Assembly: GCF_001194135.2 (NCBI RefSeq)
Contig: NC_069003.1
Location: 2,758,330 to 2,804,509, forward strand
From: Octopus bimaculoides
Taxonomy: Eukaryota
Length of the DNA: 46,180 nucleotides
Reading direction: 5' to 3'
Part shown: in pieces, positions 25,046 to 37,200 of the stretch
Numbering within the stretch: position 1 is the stretch's first letter
Layout: each line of letters begins with the position of its first letter
Notes under the pieces: generated by a model
Databases searched by the model: none
What the model was told of the DNA's origin: nothing
Seen by the model: only the letters and a program-made list of their open reading frames with translations
Position numbers and translations under genes: made by a program

Positions 25046-25368
25046 GGAGGCGCCTGGCTTAACGTTCGGGGCATTCGGCTTACGCTTATAACGTCGTGAG
25101 TTCAAGTTCCGGTGACGCGTTGTGTCCTTGAGCAAGACACTTTATTTCCCGTTGCTCCAGTACACTCAGCTGGCAAAAATAATTAGTACCTGTATTTCAA
25201 AGGGCCAGCCTTGTCACACTCTGAGTCATGCTGAATCTCCAGGAGAACTACGTTAATGGTACACGTGTCTGTGGAGGCCTCAGCCACTTTCACGTTAATT
25301 TCATGAGAAATCTGTACCGTTGATCGGATCAACTGAAAGCCTCGTCGTCGTGACCGACGGAATGCCAG
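25046..25368 (+). mobile_element. tRNA-derived SINE, family D (own head and core, family A tail)
   Basis: Head ggaggcgcctggcttaacg...gagttcaagttcc and core gcgttgtgtccttgagcaagacac. From 25189 the tail matches the family A tail. Confidence 0.85.
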
Positions 25369-25805
25369 TAACATTACACACACACTCACACACACACACA
25401 CATGTATATGTATATGCAAATATGTTTATATATGTATGTGTGTGTGTTTTTACTAATACACTATTGATGAAATTCTTCACAGTTTCCGTCTACCGAATTT
25501 GGTGGGCAACGCTCTGGTAGCAGACACAAAGCCTAATATTAATGACTGGTAGGGGGAACCGTATATCGTTACACAACTCTAATCTCCTACCAGCTATATC
25601 GAAAGATTATTAAGTCAACAATGTGCCCTACCTATTTTACTATTTTCGATCGCATTGTTTACACAGACGTATTCGTATAAGTAACGTCTTAACTTTCAGT
25701 AGTAGCTCTAAATTTTATAGAAAATCTGGTGAGATAGCTTTACAAAACCTAATGTCCAACGGGGCCAAACCCAGAACTACATAATAATGAATCGTCTTCC
25801 TCATC

Positions 25806-26192
25806 GTTGTTTTCGGCAGTCCGTCGTTTACGACGCCGAGGTTTCCATTTGATCCGATCAACGGAACAGCCCGCTCGTGAAATTAACATGCAAGTGGCTG
25901 AGCACTCCACAGACACTTGTACCCTTAACGTAGTTCTTGGGGATATTCAGCGTGACACAGTGTGGCAAGGCTGGTCCTTTGAAATACAGGCACAATAGAA
26001 ACAGGAAGTAAGAGTGAGAGAAAGTTGTGGCGAAAGAGTACAGCAGGGTTCGCCACCATCCTCTGCCGGAGCCTCGTGGAGCTTTAGGTGTTTTCGCTCA
26101 ATAAACACTTACAACACCCGGTCTGGGAATCGAAACCGCGATCTTATGACCGCGAGTCCACTGCCCTAACCACTGGGCCATTGCGCCTCCAC
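25806..26192 (-). mobile_element. Full-length SINE family A with target-site duplication
   Basis: Reverse complement closely matches 17330-17884. ttcctcatc flanks both ends (25797-25805 and 26193-26201). Confidence 0.93.
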
Positions 26193-27462
26193 TTCCTCAT
26201 CACATAACCATGATCAACGATGGCGTCATTGGGAATTATTGTCACTATTTCTAGCAGGCTGATCCACGGTGGTGTATCGTAGAGATTTCGTCTTTTATCT
26301 GGCTAGCGTCGTCGACGACATAATTTCGAAGAGCCGAGTATTGATACAATGAATGTATAGGTTTTGTTTATTGGTTTATTGTTGGTTAACTGCGCTGCCT
26401 AATGGGGAATAAGCGAGCGATCATTCATACGAAGTGACAGAAGCGATTCCTGTTTTCATAAGCTTGCAACATTCTGTATTAGAGATGATTTATGGAGTCT
26501 TTGACAGATTCCTTATTATCAGGATTCTACATGTGTCGATAGAAAGCAGATGCGGTGGCGGTTGGTCGGGTGGGAGTTAAACCAGCAAAGCTTTTCAAGA
26601 AATTCGCGTTCTTTCATCTGTTGGAAAGGAGAAACGCGCCGGATTATCCGGAAACTCCTTACAAAACATCCGTACAAATATGTGAGTAAATACATACCCG
26701 TACACACACTCACACACACACAGACACAGACACACACACAGGCACCGACACACACACACAGACACACACACACACACACACACACATACAGATATTGTCA
26801 TATATGCACATCTATGTGTGTATCTATGCGATACTCATGCATACACACACACATGCACGTCACCTGTTATGTATGAATGTTTGTATANNNNNNNNNNNNN
26901 NNNNNNNNNNNNNNNNNNNNNNNNNNNNNNNNNNNNNNNNNNNNNNNNNNNNNNNNNNNNNNNNNNNNNNNNNNNNNNNNNNNNNNNNNNNNNNNNNNNN
27001 NNNNNNNNNNNNNNNNNNNNNNNNNNNNNNNNNNNNNNNNNNNNNNNNNNNNNNNNNNNNNNNNNNNNNNNNNNNNNNNNNNNNNNNNNNNNNNNNNNNN
27101 NNNNNNNNNNNNNNNNNNNNNNNNNNNNNNNNNNNNNNNNNNNNNNNNNNNNNNNNNNNNNNNNNNNNNNNNNNNNNNNNNNNNNNNNNNNNNNNNNNNN
27201 NNNNNNNNNNNNNNNNNNNNNNNNNNNNNNNNNNNNNNNNNNNNNNNNNNNNNNNNNNNNNNNNNNNNNNNNNNNNNNNNNNNNNNNNNNNNNNNNNNNN
27301 NNNNNNNNNNNNNNNNNNNNNNNNNNNNNNNNNNNNNNNNNNNNNNNNNNNNNNNNNNNNNNNNNNNNNNNNNNNNNNNNNNNNNNNNNNNNNNNNNNNN
27401 NNNNNNNNNNNNNNNNNNNNNNNNNNNNNNNNNNNNNNNNNNNNNNNNNNNNNNNNNNNNNN

Positions 27463-27505
<43 letters not shown>

Positions 27506-28107
27506 GGCAGATGAGAATAGCGATTTAGGATGCCATGTCCTCGCAGCTGGAGCAAGATTATATATAAATATGAAAAATATGATTAAACTTTTACATTAAA
27601 GCATTTGATAATCTGATATTTGCGTCGAAACATTGCTTTTCAAAGGGTGAAGAGAAGATTTCGGGCGAGGTTCACATCTGTATGAAGTGATAAGACCAAT
27701 AATTATTAAAATATGGCGAAAATGCATTTGTAAATAGCGTTTGATGGTAAAAGTTTCAGAGATGTTTTATCTGGATGATGTTGTCTGTATGTCGAGTAAA
27801 GAGCACAGGTAAGTGTGTGTGTGTGTGGGTGGGGGTGATTTGAGTCAAATATTGCGTTGTGGAGGGAGGTGGAAAGGAAGAGAATACGTCAATGGACTTC
27901 GTTTAATTCTTGTCCGCTGTTTGTGGCTGGTTTGTGTTTTTTTATGAAAATAAAATAATTACTTGTTTGATCGCAAGTCCCGGAAATTCTAGGGTGCACA
28001 CTGGTCGATAAAGTACATATATACGTACATACATACGTGCATACATGCATACATACTTTTATACATGCATACATCAGGTGAAATATTTGAATTTCTAGTT
28101 CTTCATA

Positions 28108-28326
28108 CGAGAGGTTGGAGAAAAGTTCCTGGTTTCGATTAATAGAAAATACGGGTGGATCAAATAATTAGGATCTTATTCGACATATTTCCCGCTCAGA
28201 TTCACACACTTATATGGAGAGGTCCTTCGGCTTTTCTAAGCCCTATAAAAGAACTCGAAAGTTTGGTGTTCCAACCTGGTCATTTTCGGTACCCTTAAAG
28301 CCAGGAACTTTTCAGGACGCCCCTCG
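28108..28326. mobile_element. Mariner-type MITE (219 bp) with TA target duplication
   Basis: TA at 28106-28107 and 28327-28328. Imperfect about 30-bp TIRs: left cgagaggttggagaaaagttcctgg, right reverse complement cgaggggcgtcctgaaaagttcctgg. No ORF. Confidence 0.82.
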
Positions 28327-28454
28327 TATATCACATGATGACCTCATCCCGCTGATTTTAAGTAAAATGTTAAACACTCATTGAGATGGACCAGTGTCCT
28401 GTCTAGGTGGGGAACCTTTACGCCAATGAAACCGGGAGACCGACCCTTATGAAC

Positions 28455-28540
28455 CAATCATTGATTAAGTACCAGTTGAGCACTGGTGTCGATGTAATCG
28501 ATCTAATCTCTTCTCTCCAAATTTCAGGCCCTGTTGAGGG
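28455..28540 (+). mobile_element. Family B SINE 3' fragment
   Basis: attaagtaccagttgagcactggtgtcgatgtaatcga...caaatttcaggcc matches family B tails. Confidence 0.7.
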
Positions 28541-29176
28541 ATCATCATCATCATCATTATTACTTCTACTAGTAGTAGTAGTAGTGGTGGTGGAGGTGGT
28601 AGTTATATTCTTTAGTCTCAAGGTGAATTCTGATTCGACAGATCTACAACAAAAGGCAGTACGATCCAGATACGGCCATCAAAGACCTAAGTGTACCTAA
28701 AAGTACATCCTGAAATACGTTATTTCTTAAACTCACCCATCCTTCCACCTCTTGTTTTAAAGGACAGCAGGAATTAATTTAAGAGGAATTTAGCTGCTAT
28801 TTCTTTGGCAGATTGAGCGGTTACCCATCGCTTCGTTGTTTCTGTTGCTGCAGTTGCAATTGGCTGTTGTTGCTGTTATTGCGGTCGCTCCCGTTGTTGT
28901 TGTTGTTGTTGTTGTTGTTGCTGTTGTTTCCTGTGTTTTTGTTGTTGCTGCTGCTACTATTATATGCTTCATTAAGTGAACTTTGATCTAACAATTCATT
29001 AATTACACAGTAAAACGAGCGAAATTAATGAAGTTTGACAAACGATAAATCACGTTACATGCGGAATGATATTAATTTCGATTCAGAAGTTATGGACGGA
29101 CACCTTACGCAATCTCTCACAACGAAGCCAGCCCGACTAGCGCTTACGTGGTTAAACAGGATGCCAGGTATAACAG

Positions 29177-29228
<52 letters not shown>

Positions 29229-29290
29229 GACTACTACGACTGCTGCTGCTGCTGCTACTACCACTACTGCTGCTGCTACCGCTATTACTA
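29177..29290. repeat. Compound (ACT)n/(GCT)n microsatellite
   Basis: Direct reading. Confidence 0.95.
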
Positions 29291-30059
29291 CTAAAATAGC
29301 GACTGACTCTCCCTCCGATGACCCTTACCGTGTTACAAAACTGACAATGCACTTGATAATGTAGTCTTAGGTACATTCTGCGTATTATTCTTCTCTAATG
29401 ACTTCAGCATGAAGGAAGGATATTCTGCTTAATGCACAGTTATGTCTAGTCCTTCCTCCATAGAACTTCCGCGACCTCGGTGGCATTTGAACTCGCCACC
29501 TTTAGGGGTTAAACAATAACAATGTCTCACCGAGGTTTTCCCTATACAGACTCAAGGTCTGCAAGTCGCAGCAGCCAAGCGTTCCTCAAATATCCACTTT
29601 TATTTCTTTAGACAAGAAAATTGCAGCAAACCTGTGTGTTGGTGGAGTTAAACGTAGCATGCAGACCATCATATAACTTGTTTTATTCTTCACTTCCGTC
29701 TTACGAATTCAGTGTGCACATGCGCATCGTATGTTCATACATCTCTTTCAGATTCGTATCCAAAACTGTTTACAGATCACAACCAACGCACAAACCTGCG
29801 TTCACGAAGAGCGCATCACACTCCGATCATTGTGTTAAAAAGGTTATATTGGATTAAGCAATGTTATGCTATATCTGCTAAATATACACAATGGTCGCGG
29901 CTGGAATGCTATTTATTATGGCAGTATTTATTTGGGGCTAAAGAACAGCAACAAAAATAGAAACATCAACGACAAGAAAATCAGTAATAATTGTTTAAAA
30001 ATGAAAAAAATGTATAAATTATGGTGGATTGTAGGATTAATTTCTGATATTTTATCTTC

Positions 30060-30490
30060 CACTTGTTTTAGACATTTGACAGCGGCTATGCTGGGGTACC
30101 GCCTTGAAGAATTTTGTCGAGTATTGTCGAAGGAATCGACCAAAGTGCTTAGTCTTTTCGAAACTGATACTTACTCTATTGGTTATTTTTGTCGATCCAC
30201 TAAGATACGGGGAAGTAAACACATCAACACCGGTTCTCAAGCCGTTGTGGAATGCAAATATTCACACACAAGCACACACACAAATACACACACATATACA
30301 GGATGGTCTTCTTCCTGTTCCCGTCTACCAAATCCACACAGAAGGCTTTGTTCTCCTGGCGGCAGAAGAAAGTAGAAGACACTTACCGAAGGTGCCACGC
30401 AGTAGGACTGAACCCGGAGCCATGTGACTGGGAAGCAAACTTCTTACGACATAGGGACTCGCACGCATGTATAGCCACGCCTGTGCCTAA
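30060..30490 (-). mobile_element. Near full-length SINE family C
   Basis: Reverse complement: head ...gtaagaagtttgcttcccagtcacatggctccgggttcagtcc, core ggcaccttcggtaagtgtctt, internal (TG)n, then tail ...cttcaaggcggtaccccagc. Confidence 0.88.
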
Positions 30491-30603
30491 TAGCCACACC
30501 TGTTCCTAATAGTCACGCCTCTGCCTAATAGCCACGCCAGTGCCTAATAGCCACGCCTCTGCCTAATAGCCACGCCAGTGCCTAATAGCTACGTCTGCGC
30601 CAA
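30471..30603. repeat. Minisatellite, 7 x 19 bp (atagccacgcctgtgccta)
   Basis: Units start at 30471, 30490, 30509, 30528, 30547, 30566 and 30585. Confidence 0.95.
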
Positions 30604-30732
30604 TACAGCCTATATAATGAAACAAATTTGTGAAGGGAGTCATGTGTTGAAATAACTTCGCAGGGCGTTCCTCTGCGGACATTTGAACAACAGCAGCAAC
30701 AGCAGCAGCTGCAACAGCAGCAACAGCGACAG

Positions 30733-30764
<32 letters not shown>

Positions 30765-31193
30765 AAGGTAACGACAATAACAATAGCGAAAAACGAATTA
30801 ACTGAAACAATATGTCATCGTAGCTTTAGCATCTTTAAGAGGAAAGATGTTGAGTTGATATAATTGCCTAAGCGTTGAAAGCTGTTTCGTGCAAACGGCT
30901 TTTGGTGTTGTTTGCAAAGTAAGGAGATGAAAGATGAGACATTAACAGGCAGGATGTGTCGTAGTTTGATGGATGGCTGCATGAAAATAAACAATGGTGA
31001 TTGGTGACTTATTGGGCAGAATGAATAGAGAGACACGGACAAAATGGCGACGGGATTAAAGTCAACGTGTGTGTACGTGTATGCGAGAGTATGTGTGTGT
31101 GAATGTGTGTGTATGTATGTGTGTCAGGGGTTAGGTTACTACATCAACGATACCAGAACTGGAACAACAATCAGGAAGACAAACCAATCGATA

Positions 31194-31226
<33 letters not shown>

Positions 31227-31474
31227 ATATAAATATATATTATATACATTATACAAACATACCTNNNNNNNNNNNNNNNNNNNNNNNNNNNNNNNNNNNN
31301 NNNNNNNNNNNNNNNNNNNNNNNNNNNNNNNNNNNNNNNNNNNNNNNNNNNATATATATATAATATATATATATATATATACACAGACTCACACATACAC
31401 ACACTCACACATACACACATGTATAGAGACTAACACGCATGCATGACTGGTACTTTGGTTCTGTGCGTCACGAA

Positions 31475-31575
31475 ATGATGAAAGCTTTAAGTGACTCGCT
31501 AGGATTTGAACCACAAAATGTAAATGTCAGAAGAAACAACTGAATACATTTTCCACCTTTCTAACGACTCTGTTC
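31475..31575 (-). mobile_element. Degenerate family B SINE head fragment
   Basis: Reverse complement cagagtcgttagaaaggtgg...gtggttcaaatcctagcgagtcact. Confidence 0.55.
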
Positions 31576-31582
31576 ATCCACT

Positions 31583-31667
31583 CACCACCACCACCACCAC
31601 CACCACCACCACCTTCTTCTTCTTCTTCTTCTTCTTCTTCTTCTTCTTCTTCTTCTTCTTCTTCTTC
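31583..31667. repeat. Compound (ACC)n(TTC)n microsatellite at a gap edge
   Basis: Direct reading. Confidence 0.95.
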
Positions 31668-32362
31668 NNNNNNNNNNNNNNNNNNNNNNNNNNNNNNNNN
31701 NNNNNNNNNNNNNNNNNNNNNNNNNNNNCTTCTTCCAATAATAAATAATAATAATAATAATAATGGTAATAACGATATCGCCATTGATAGATATCTTAAT
31801 TATATTTCCAGGCGCTATAGTCAGATCTTCCTTACAGCCCTGTACAGTCTTCCGGGAACCTATTAAAATTATTACGTAACATAATCTGCTTGCAGATCTT
31901 TAAAATTAATTATTTCCTTAATTTATGCAGACATTTGTCAGATAATGATGCTATTCCTATTTGGCAATTTCAGATCAGGTGTCATTATTGCAGAATCATC
32001 CCAAACGGCTGCGCGATTTGCAGAATTTGCTCAGCCACTGGGGCAACGTACATTGCAGTATTTAGTTACACACGTTTACGTTCTGGGTTCAAATTGAGAT
32101 AGCGACTCATAAACACTTCTTGTTAGATATAGCTACGGCCCTTTATGTTCTGTGTTCAAATTGGTAGAGTGATAGATGAAATGCCTAGTGGTGGTTACTT
32201 TCGATTCTTTTCGTCCTGGGTTCAAATTGATAGAACACCACCGGATAACATGGCTTGCGATATATAGTTACAAGATCGTGGGATGCATGTATTCCGGTGT
32301 TTTTACCGCTTCTTCAGTAACAGAGATTGGAAAGACAGACGCTGCGAACTGAAAGAAGAATA

Positions 32363-32419
<57 letters not shown>

Positions 32420-33057
32420 GTTTATATACATATATATATATGTAGCTACATACCTATTTTACATTTATACCAACCGTGTAATTCGCTATCACATTCACTC
32501 TTCCATATAANNNNNNNNNNNNNNNNNNNNNNNNNNNNNNNNNNNNNNNNNNNNNNNNNNNNNNNNNNNNNNNNNNNNNNNNNNNNNNNNNNNNNNNNNN
32601 NNNNNNNNNNNNNNNNNNNNNNNNNNNNNTATATATATATATATATATTATGCTGTTATTGTATCTTCGGGTGAACCACCCGTTTCATCTTTTATTTAAA
32701 CCCTCATCGGGAGACAAAAAATCAGAGGTCCTCTTTGTAAATGGCTTTATAAACAATATTCAAAGACGCAAGAATATCCCTTTCCAACAAAAAAACTAAC
32801 ACAAGAGAATAACACAAAATATCATTTTTAATGGCCCAAAATCCAATTTAACTTTAGAAAAATTTTCAATTATTGGGAGTATGCCCAATTTGCCAGCGTT
32901 GTTAAATTAGCTTTATATACAGGTTTATATAAATTTCACATGCTCCTATATCTGATTTATGTGTTATCAGTACCTGCTCATCCCTATAATATTTGATTTA
33001 TATATAGTTTTAATTAATAGAATTATGGCTAGCAATTCAATTCAGTTTATTAATTTT

Positions 33058-33070
33058 AATTATTATCATT

Positions 33071-33160
<90 letters not shown>

Positions 33161-33237
33161 TCCCTTATTATTATTATTTAAATTTTAACTAATATCGTAA
33201 TATCGTCAATTTCATGTCCCTATACATACATGAGTAC

Positions 33238-33289
<52 letters not shown>

Positions 33290-33349
33290 GTATATAAGTA
33301 TTTATATATATGCATATATTATCATCATCATCATCATCATCATCATCCC

Positions 33350-33409
<60 letters not shown>

Positions 33410-33651
33410 CGTTATTATCATTATTATCACCATCATCATCATTATTATTTTTATTATTATTATTATTTTAGCCATTATTATTATTATTTCAATTTTAACC
33501 AATATCGTAATATCGTCAATTTCATGTCCTTATACATACATGAATACCTACACACACATATATGTGTATATATATGTGTATACATATGTGTATATATGTA
33601 TTTATATGCATGCATATATTATTATTGTTATCATTATCATCATTATCATCA

Positions 33652-33707
<56 letters not shown>

Positions 33708-33765
33708 GTCAATATTATTATCATCATCATCATCATCATCATCATCATTATTATTATTATTATAA
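33058..33765. repeat. Tandem about 310-bp units built on (CAT)n(TAT)n microsatellites
   Basis: The unique linker aattttaac[t/c]aatatcgtaatatcgtcaatttcatgtcc occurs at 33181 and 33491. There are three (CAT)n(TAT)n blocks. Confidence 0.9.
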
Positions 33766-34590
33766 TTGTGATATCAACTTAAATATTCTCGTATAACATC
33801 GTATATTTCAATTAATATAATTAGATCTTTCCGTCTGATTTATGGATTGTCAGTATCACTTAACCACCATGCATATTTCGTTCATTTAATTTACTTAATC
33901 AATAAGGTAACTGCTAATAATCAACGCTGTTAATTTCTCTACCTCCATTACATACAACGCCTACATTTTTTTTCCTGCTCACAGGTTTATAATATATTAA
34001 AAATTGCATTCACATTTTGTAGCTGAGTACCTTCCATATTTCTTTTTTTATTCGTTTCTTTAGAATAACGACCGATGATATAACTCCATCTTCGTGATTA
34101 ATATTTATTACACCTATTCAGCTCATTTAGACGTATTAACACTGTAATGTGAAGCGCATGTCTTAGCGGTTAAAGTGTAATGCTCAAAAACATGTTGCGG
34201 GGTCGATTTCTGGCAATGTGTATCTGGGCAAAGTAAGCCACATCCCGTGGGACTAGACCAACGTGAAATGACAAACCAGGTCTAGTTCAGTCTGATGAAA
34301 GTGAATATGAGAAGGAATTAATCAGTAGGGGACAATCGTCCAATCCTGGAGCATGACTCCAAAGATTGAGATATTGATTGCTCAGTTCTTTATTTTTTCT
34401 ATAGAAAATTCTATTCAATTCTATTTAGATAATCAGGACTACACAAATGACCTCGACTCGATGACTGCTTAATGCGAATCATACATATTTGCTGTTTCGA
34501 TGTCACTGGCTCTCTTCAGTACGGTGTAGAAATACTTGCGGTGAAAGTATGATGCGCTTTTCACTTCTAAATGGTTGAGTACTTTTCCAT

Positions 34591-34970
34591 TGGCTTTGCT
34601 GAGCGGTAAGAAGTTTGTTTCTCCATCACATGGTTCCGGGATCGGTCCTACTAAGGAGAACCTTGAAGAAATGACTTCTACTGCAACCTCGGGACGACCA
34701 AAACCGTGTGAGTGGATTTTGTAGACGGAAACTGAAAGAATCCCGTCGTATATATCTATGTGTATATGTCTTTGTATCTGTGTTTGTGCAAACAACCCCA
34801 TGATCACCGGTCTTGGTGTATTTACATCCCCGTAATTAGCGGTTCGGAGAGAATAACAAACTGGCTTTAAAAAAATAAAAATGCTCAGGTCGATCCAATC
34901 GGCTAAAACTTCACAAGGGGGTACCCCATCATGGCCGCAGGGAAACGAAGCGACTGAATGAGGTAAAAGA
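34591..34970 (+). mobile_element. Near full-length SINE family C, degenerate
   Basis: tggctttgctgagcggtaagaagtttg...catggttccgggatcggtcc...gagtggattttgtagacggaaactgaaagaatcccgtcg...gtgtatttacatccccgtaat...catcatggccgcag. Confidence 0.85.
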
Positions 34971-35327
34971 TACAAGATTTAGCTTCTGCGTTGTTTCTTT
35001 TTATTTCTTTGTTTCCAAAAGTTTTATTTAAAGCGGTCGCCATGACGAGACTACAGCTGCTGCAATGCTCGCAGAAATTACAACGAAGTTTGCTGTTAAC
35101 ATCCACAGAATAACTATTTGTTCTATTACCATTCTCTCTACGATTTCAACATACCTATTATGGAAATCTGAGAATGATATAGCAGTGTGTCATGATTGCA
35201 TAGCTAAAGATTTAGAATTCGGAGGAGAGACGAAAGACGAGAAACGGGGGATTAGAAAACTTGAAAGAACTAGACGTGGCCTGCTTCAGTAGAAACCAGA
35301 TACAATTTCGCAGTTTTATTTACCCTG

Positions 35328-35358
<31 letters not shown>

Positions 35359-36508
35359 NNNNNNNNNNNNNNNNNNNNNNNNNNNNNNNNNNNNNNNNNN
35401 NNNNNNNNNNNNNNNNNNNNNNNNNNNNNNNNNNNNNNNNNNNNNNNNNNNNNNNNNNNNNNNNNNNNNNNNNNNNNNNNNNNNNNNNNNNNNNNNNNNN
35501 NNNNNNNNNNNNNNNNNNNNNNNNNNNNNNNNNNNNNNNNNNNNNNNNNNNNNNNNNNNNNNNNNNNNNNNNNNNNNNNNNNNNNNNNNNNNNNNNNNNN
35601 NNNNNNNNNNNNNNNNNNNNNNNNNNNNNNNNNNNNNNNNNNNNNNNNNNNNNNNNNNNNNNNNNNNNNNNNNNNNNNNNNNNNNNNNNNNNNNNNNNNN
35701 NNNNNNNNNNNNNNNNNNNNNNNNNNNNNNNNNNNNNNNNNNNNNNNNNNNNNNNNNNNNNNNNNNNNNNNNNNNNNNNNNNNNNNNNNNNNNNNNNNNN
35801 NNNNNNNNNNNNNNNNNNNNNNNNNNNNNNNNNNNNNNNNNNNNNNNNNNNNNNNNNNNNNNNNNNNNNNNNNNNNNNNNNNNNNNNNNNNNNNNNNNNN
35901 NNNNNNNNNNNNNNNNNNNNNNNNNNNNNNATATTTGTAATACACCAAAAGAGACCTATCATAAAGTATTAAACATACATCAATTCCAAAGAATTTCTAT
36001 ATCGACCATTCGTGGAGCAGCGTTCAAAATTTTACTACATCGATCCGATAATGTGTGGCTTGTAAAATAGACAGACTTACGAATATAATTACTTCATTAG
36101 TCCTTTATTTGTTGTCTGAAACAATTTTATTGATGTTTAAAGATCTCGACCTCATCTTCAGTATGAAGTGGTAGGGGTGGTCAGTTGTCGATAAATCTTG
36201 CAATACCAAACTGCCAATAGGACTGTTTTGACCGAAAGAACAAAATTCAACACCGCGTTTAAGTTAATACAATGTAATCCTGTACTGCTCTATAACATAA
36301 CACACAAATATCTATATTTTTGTATGTCTGTCTCCCCCCTCTCTCTCTATACATATATGTGTGTGTGTATTATACATACACTTGTATATATATGCAAATG
36401 TTTGTATATAAAGATATATGCATATGTGTGTAAACGCATATATGTATGTGTATATATCTCTGTGTCTATATATGCGTAATGTATATATATACATATATGT
36501 ACATGTAA

Positions 36509-36591
<83 letters not shown>

Positions 36592-36939
36592 ACAAACTTT
36601 GGTTGTAGAACAAACAACAAATTCAAGGCCATCCAACTAATATATCACATTTATTTGTTGTTTGTTATTCTCGTCTCATTTACTTGAGCACTTCTCTTGC
36701 AGTCCTATTAACCCTCTTGTTCCTAATAAGAAACAACCACTATTATTATTGATATGTATATATATACACACATATGCACACATACACGTACGCACACACA
36801 CACGTACGCACACACACACACGAACACATATATTGCTGTTCATCACATACATACGCACATTCACACACATACACATACCTAATAAATTCACTCTCTCTCT
36901 CTATCTCTCTGTCCATCTCTCTGTCCATCTCTCTGTCCA

Positions 36940-37009
<70 letters not shown>

Positions 37010-37074
37010 TATCTATATATCTATCCATTTCTCTCCATCTCTTTCTCTCTCTCTCTATCCCTTTCTCTCTGTAT

Positions 37075-37079
<5 letters not shown>

Positions 37080-37133
<54 letters not shown>

Positions 37134-37142
37134 CCTACCTAC

Positions 37143-37195
<53 letters not shown>

Positions 37196-37200
37196 CATCT
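37080..37200. repeat. (TATC)n microsatellite flanked by a duplicated CT-rich segment
   Basis: ctatccat[t/c]tctctccatctctttctctctct occurs at about 37021 and about 37191. Confidence 0.85.

Noticed and set aside
30471-30603. CRISPR-like array (also considered for 32080-32229)
   Set aside because: The 30471 array has contiguous units without unique spacers, the 32080 units are degenerate SINE heads, the context is eukaryotic, and there are no cas genes.
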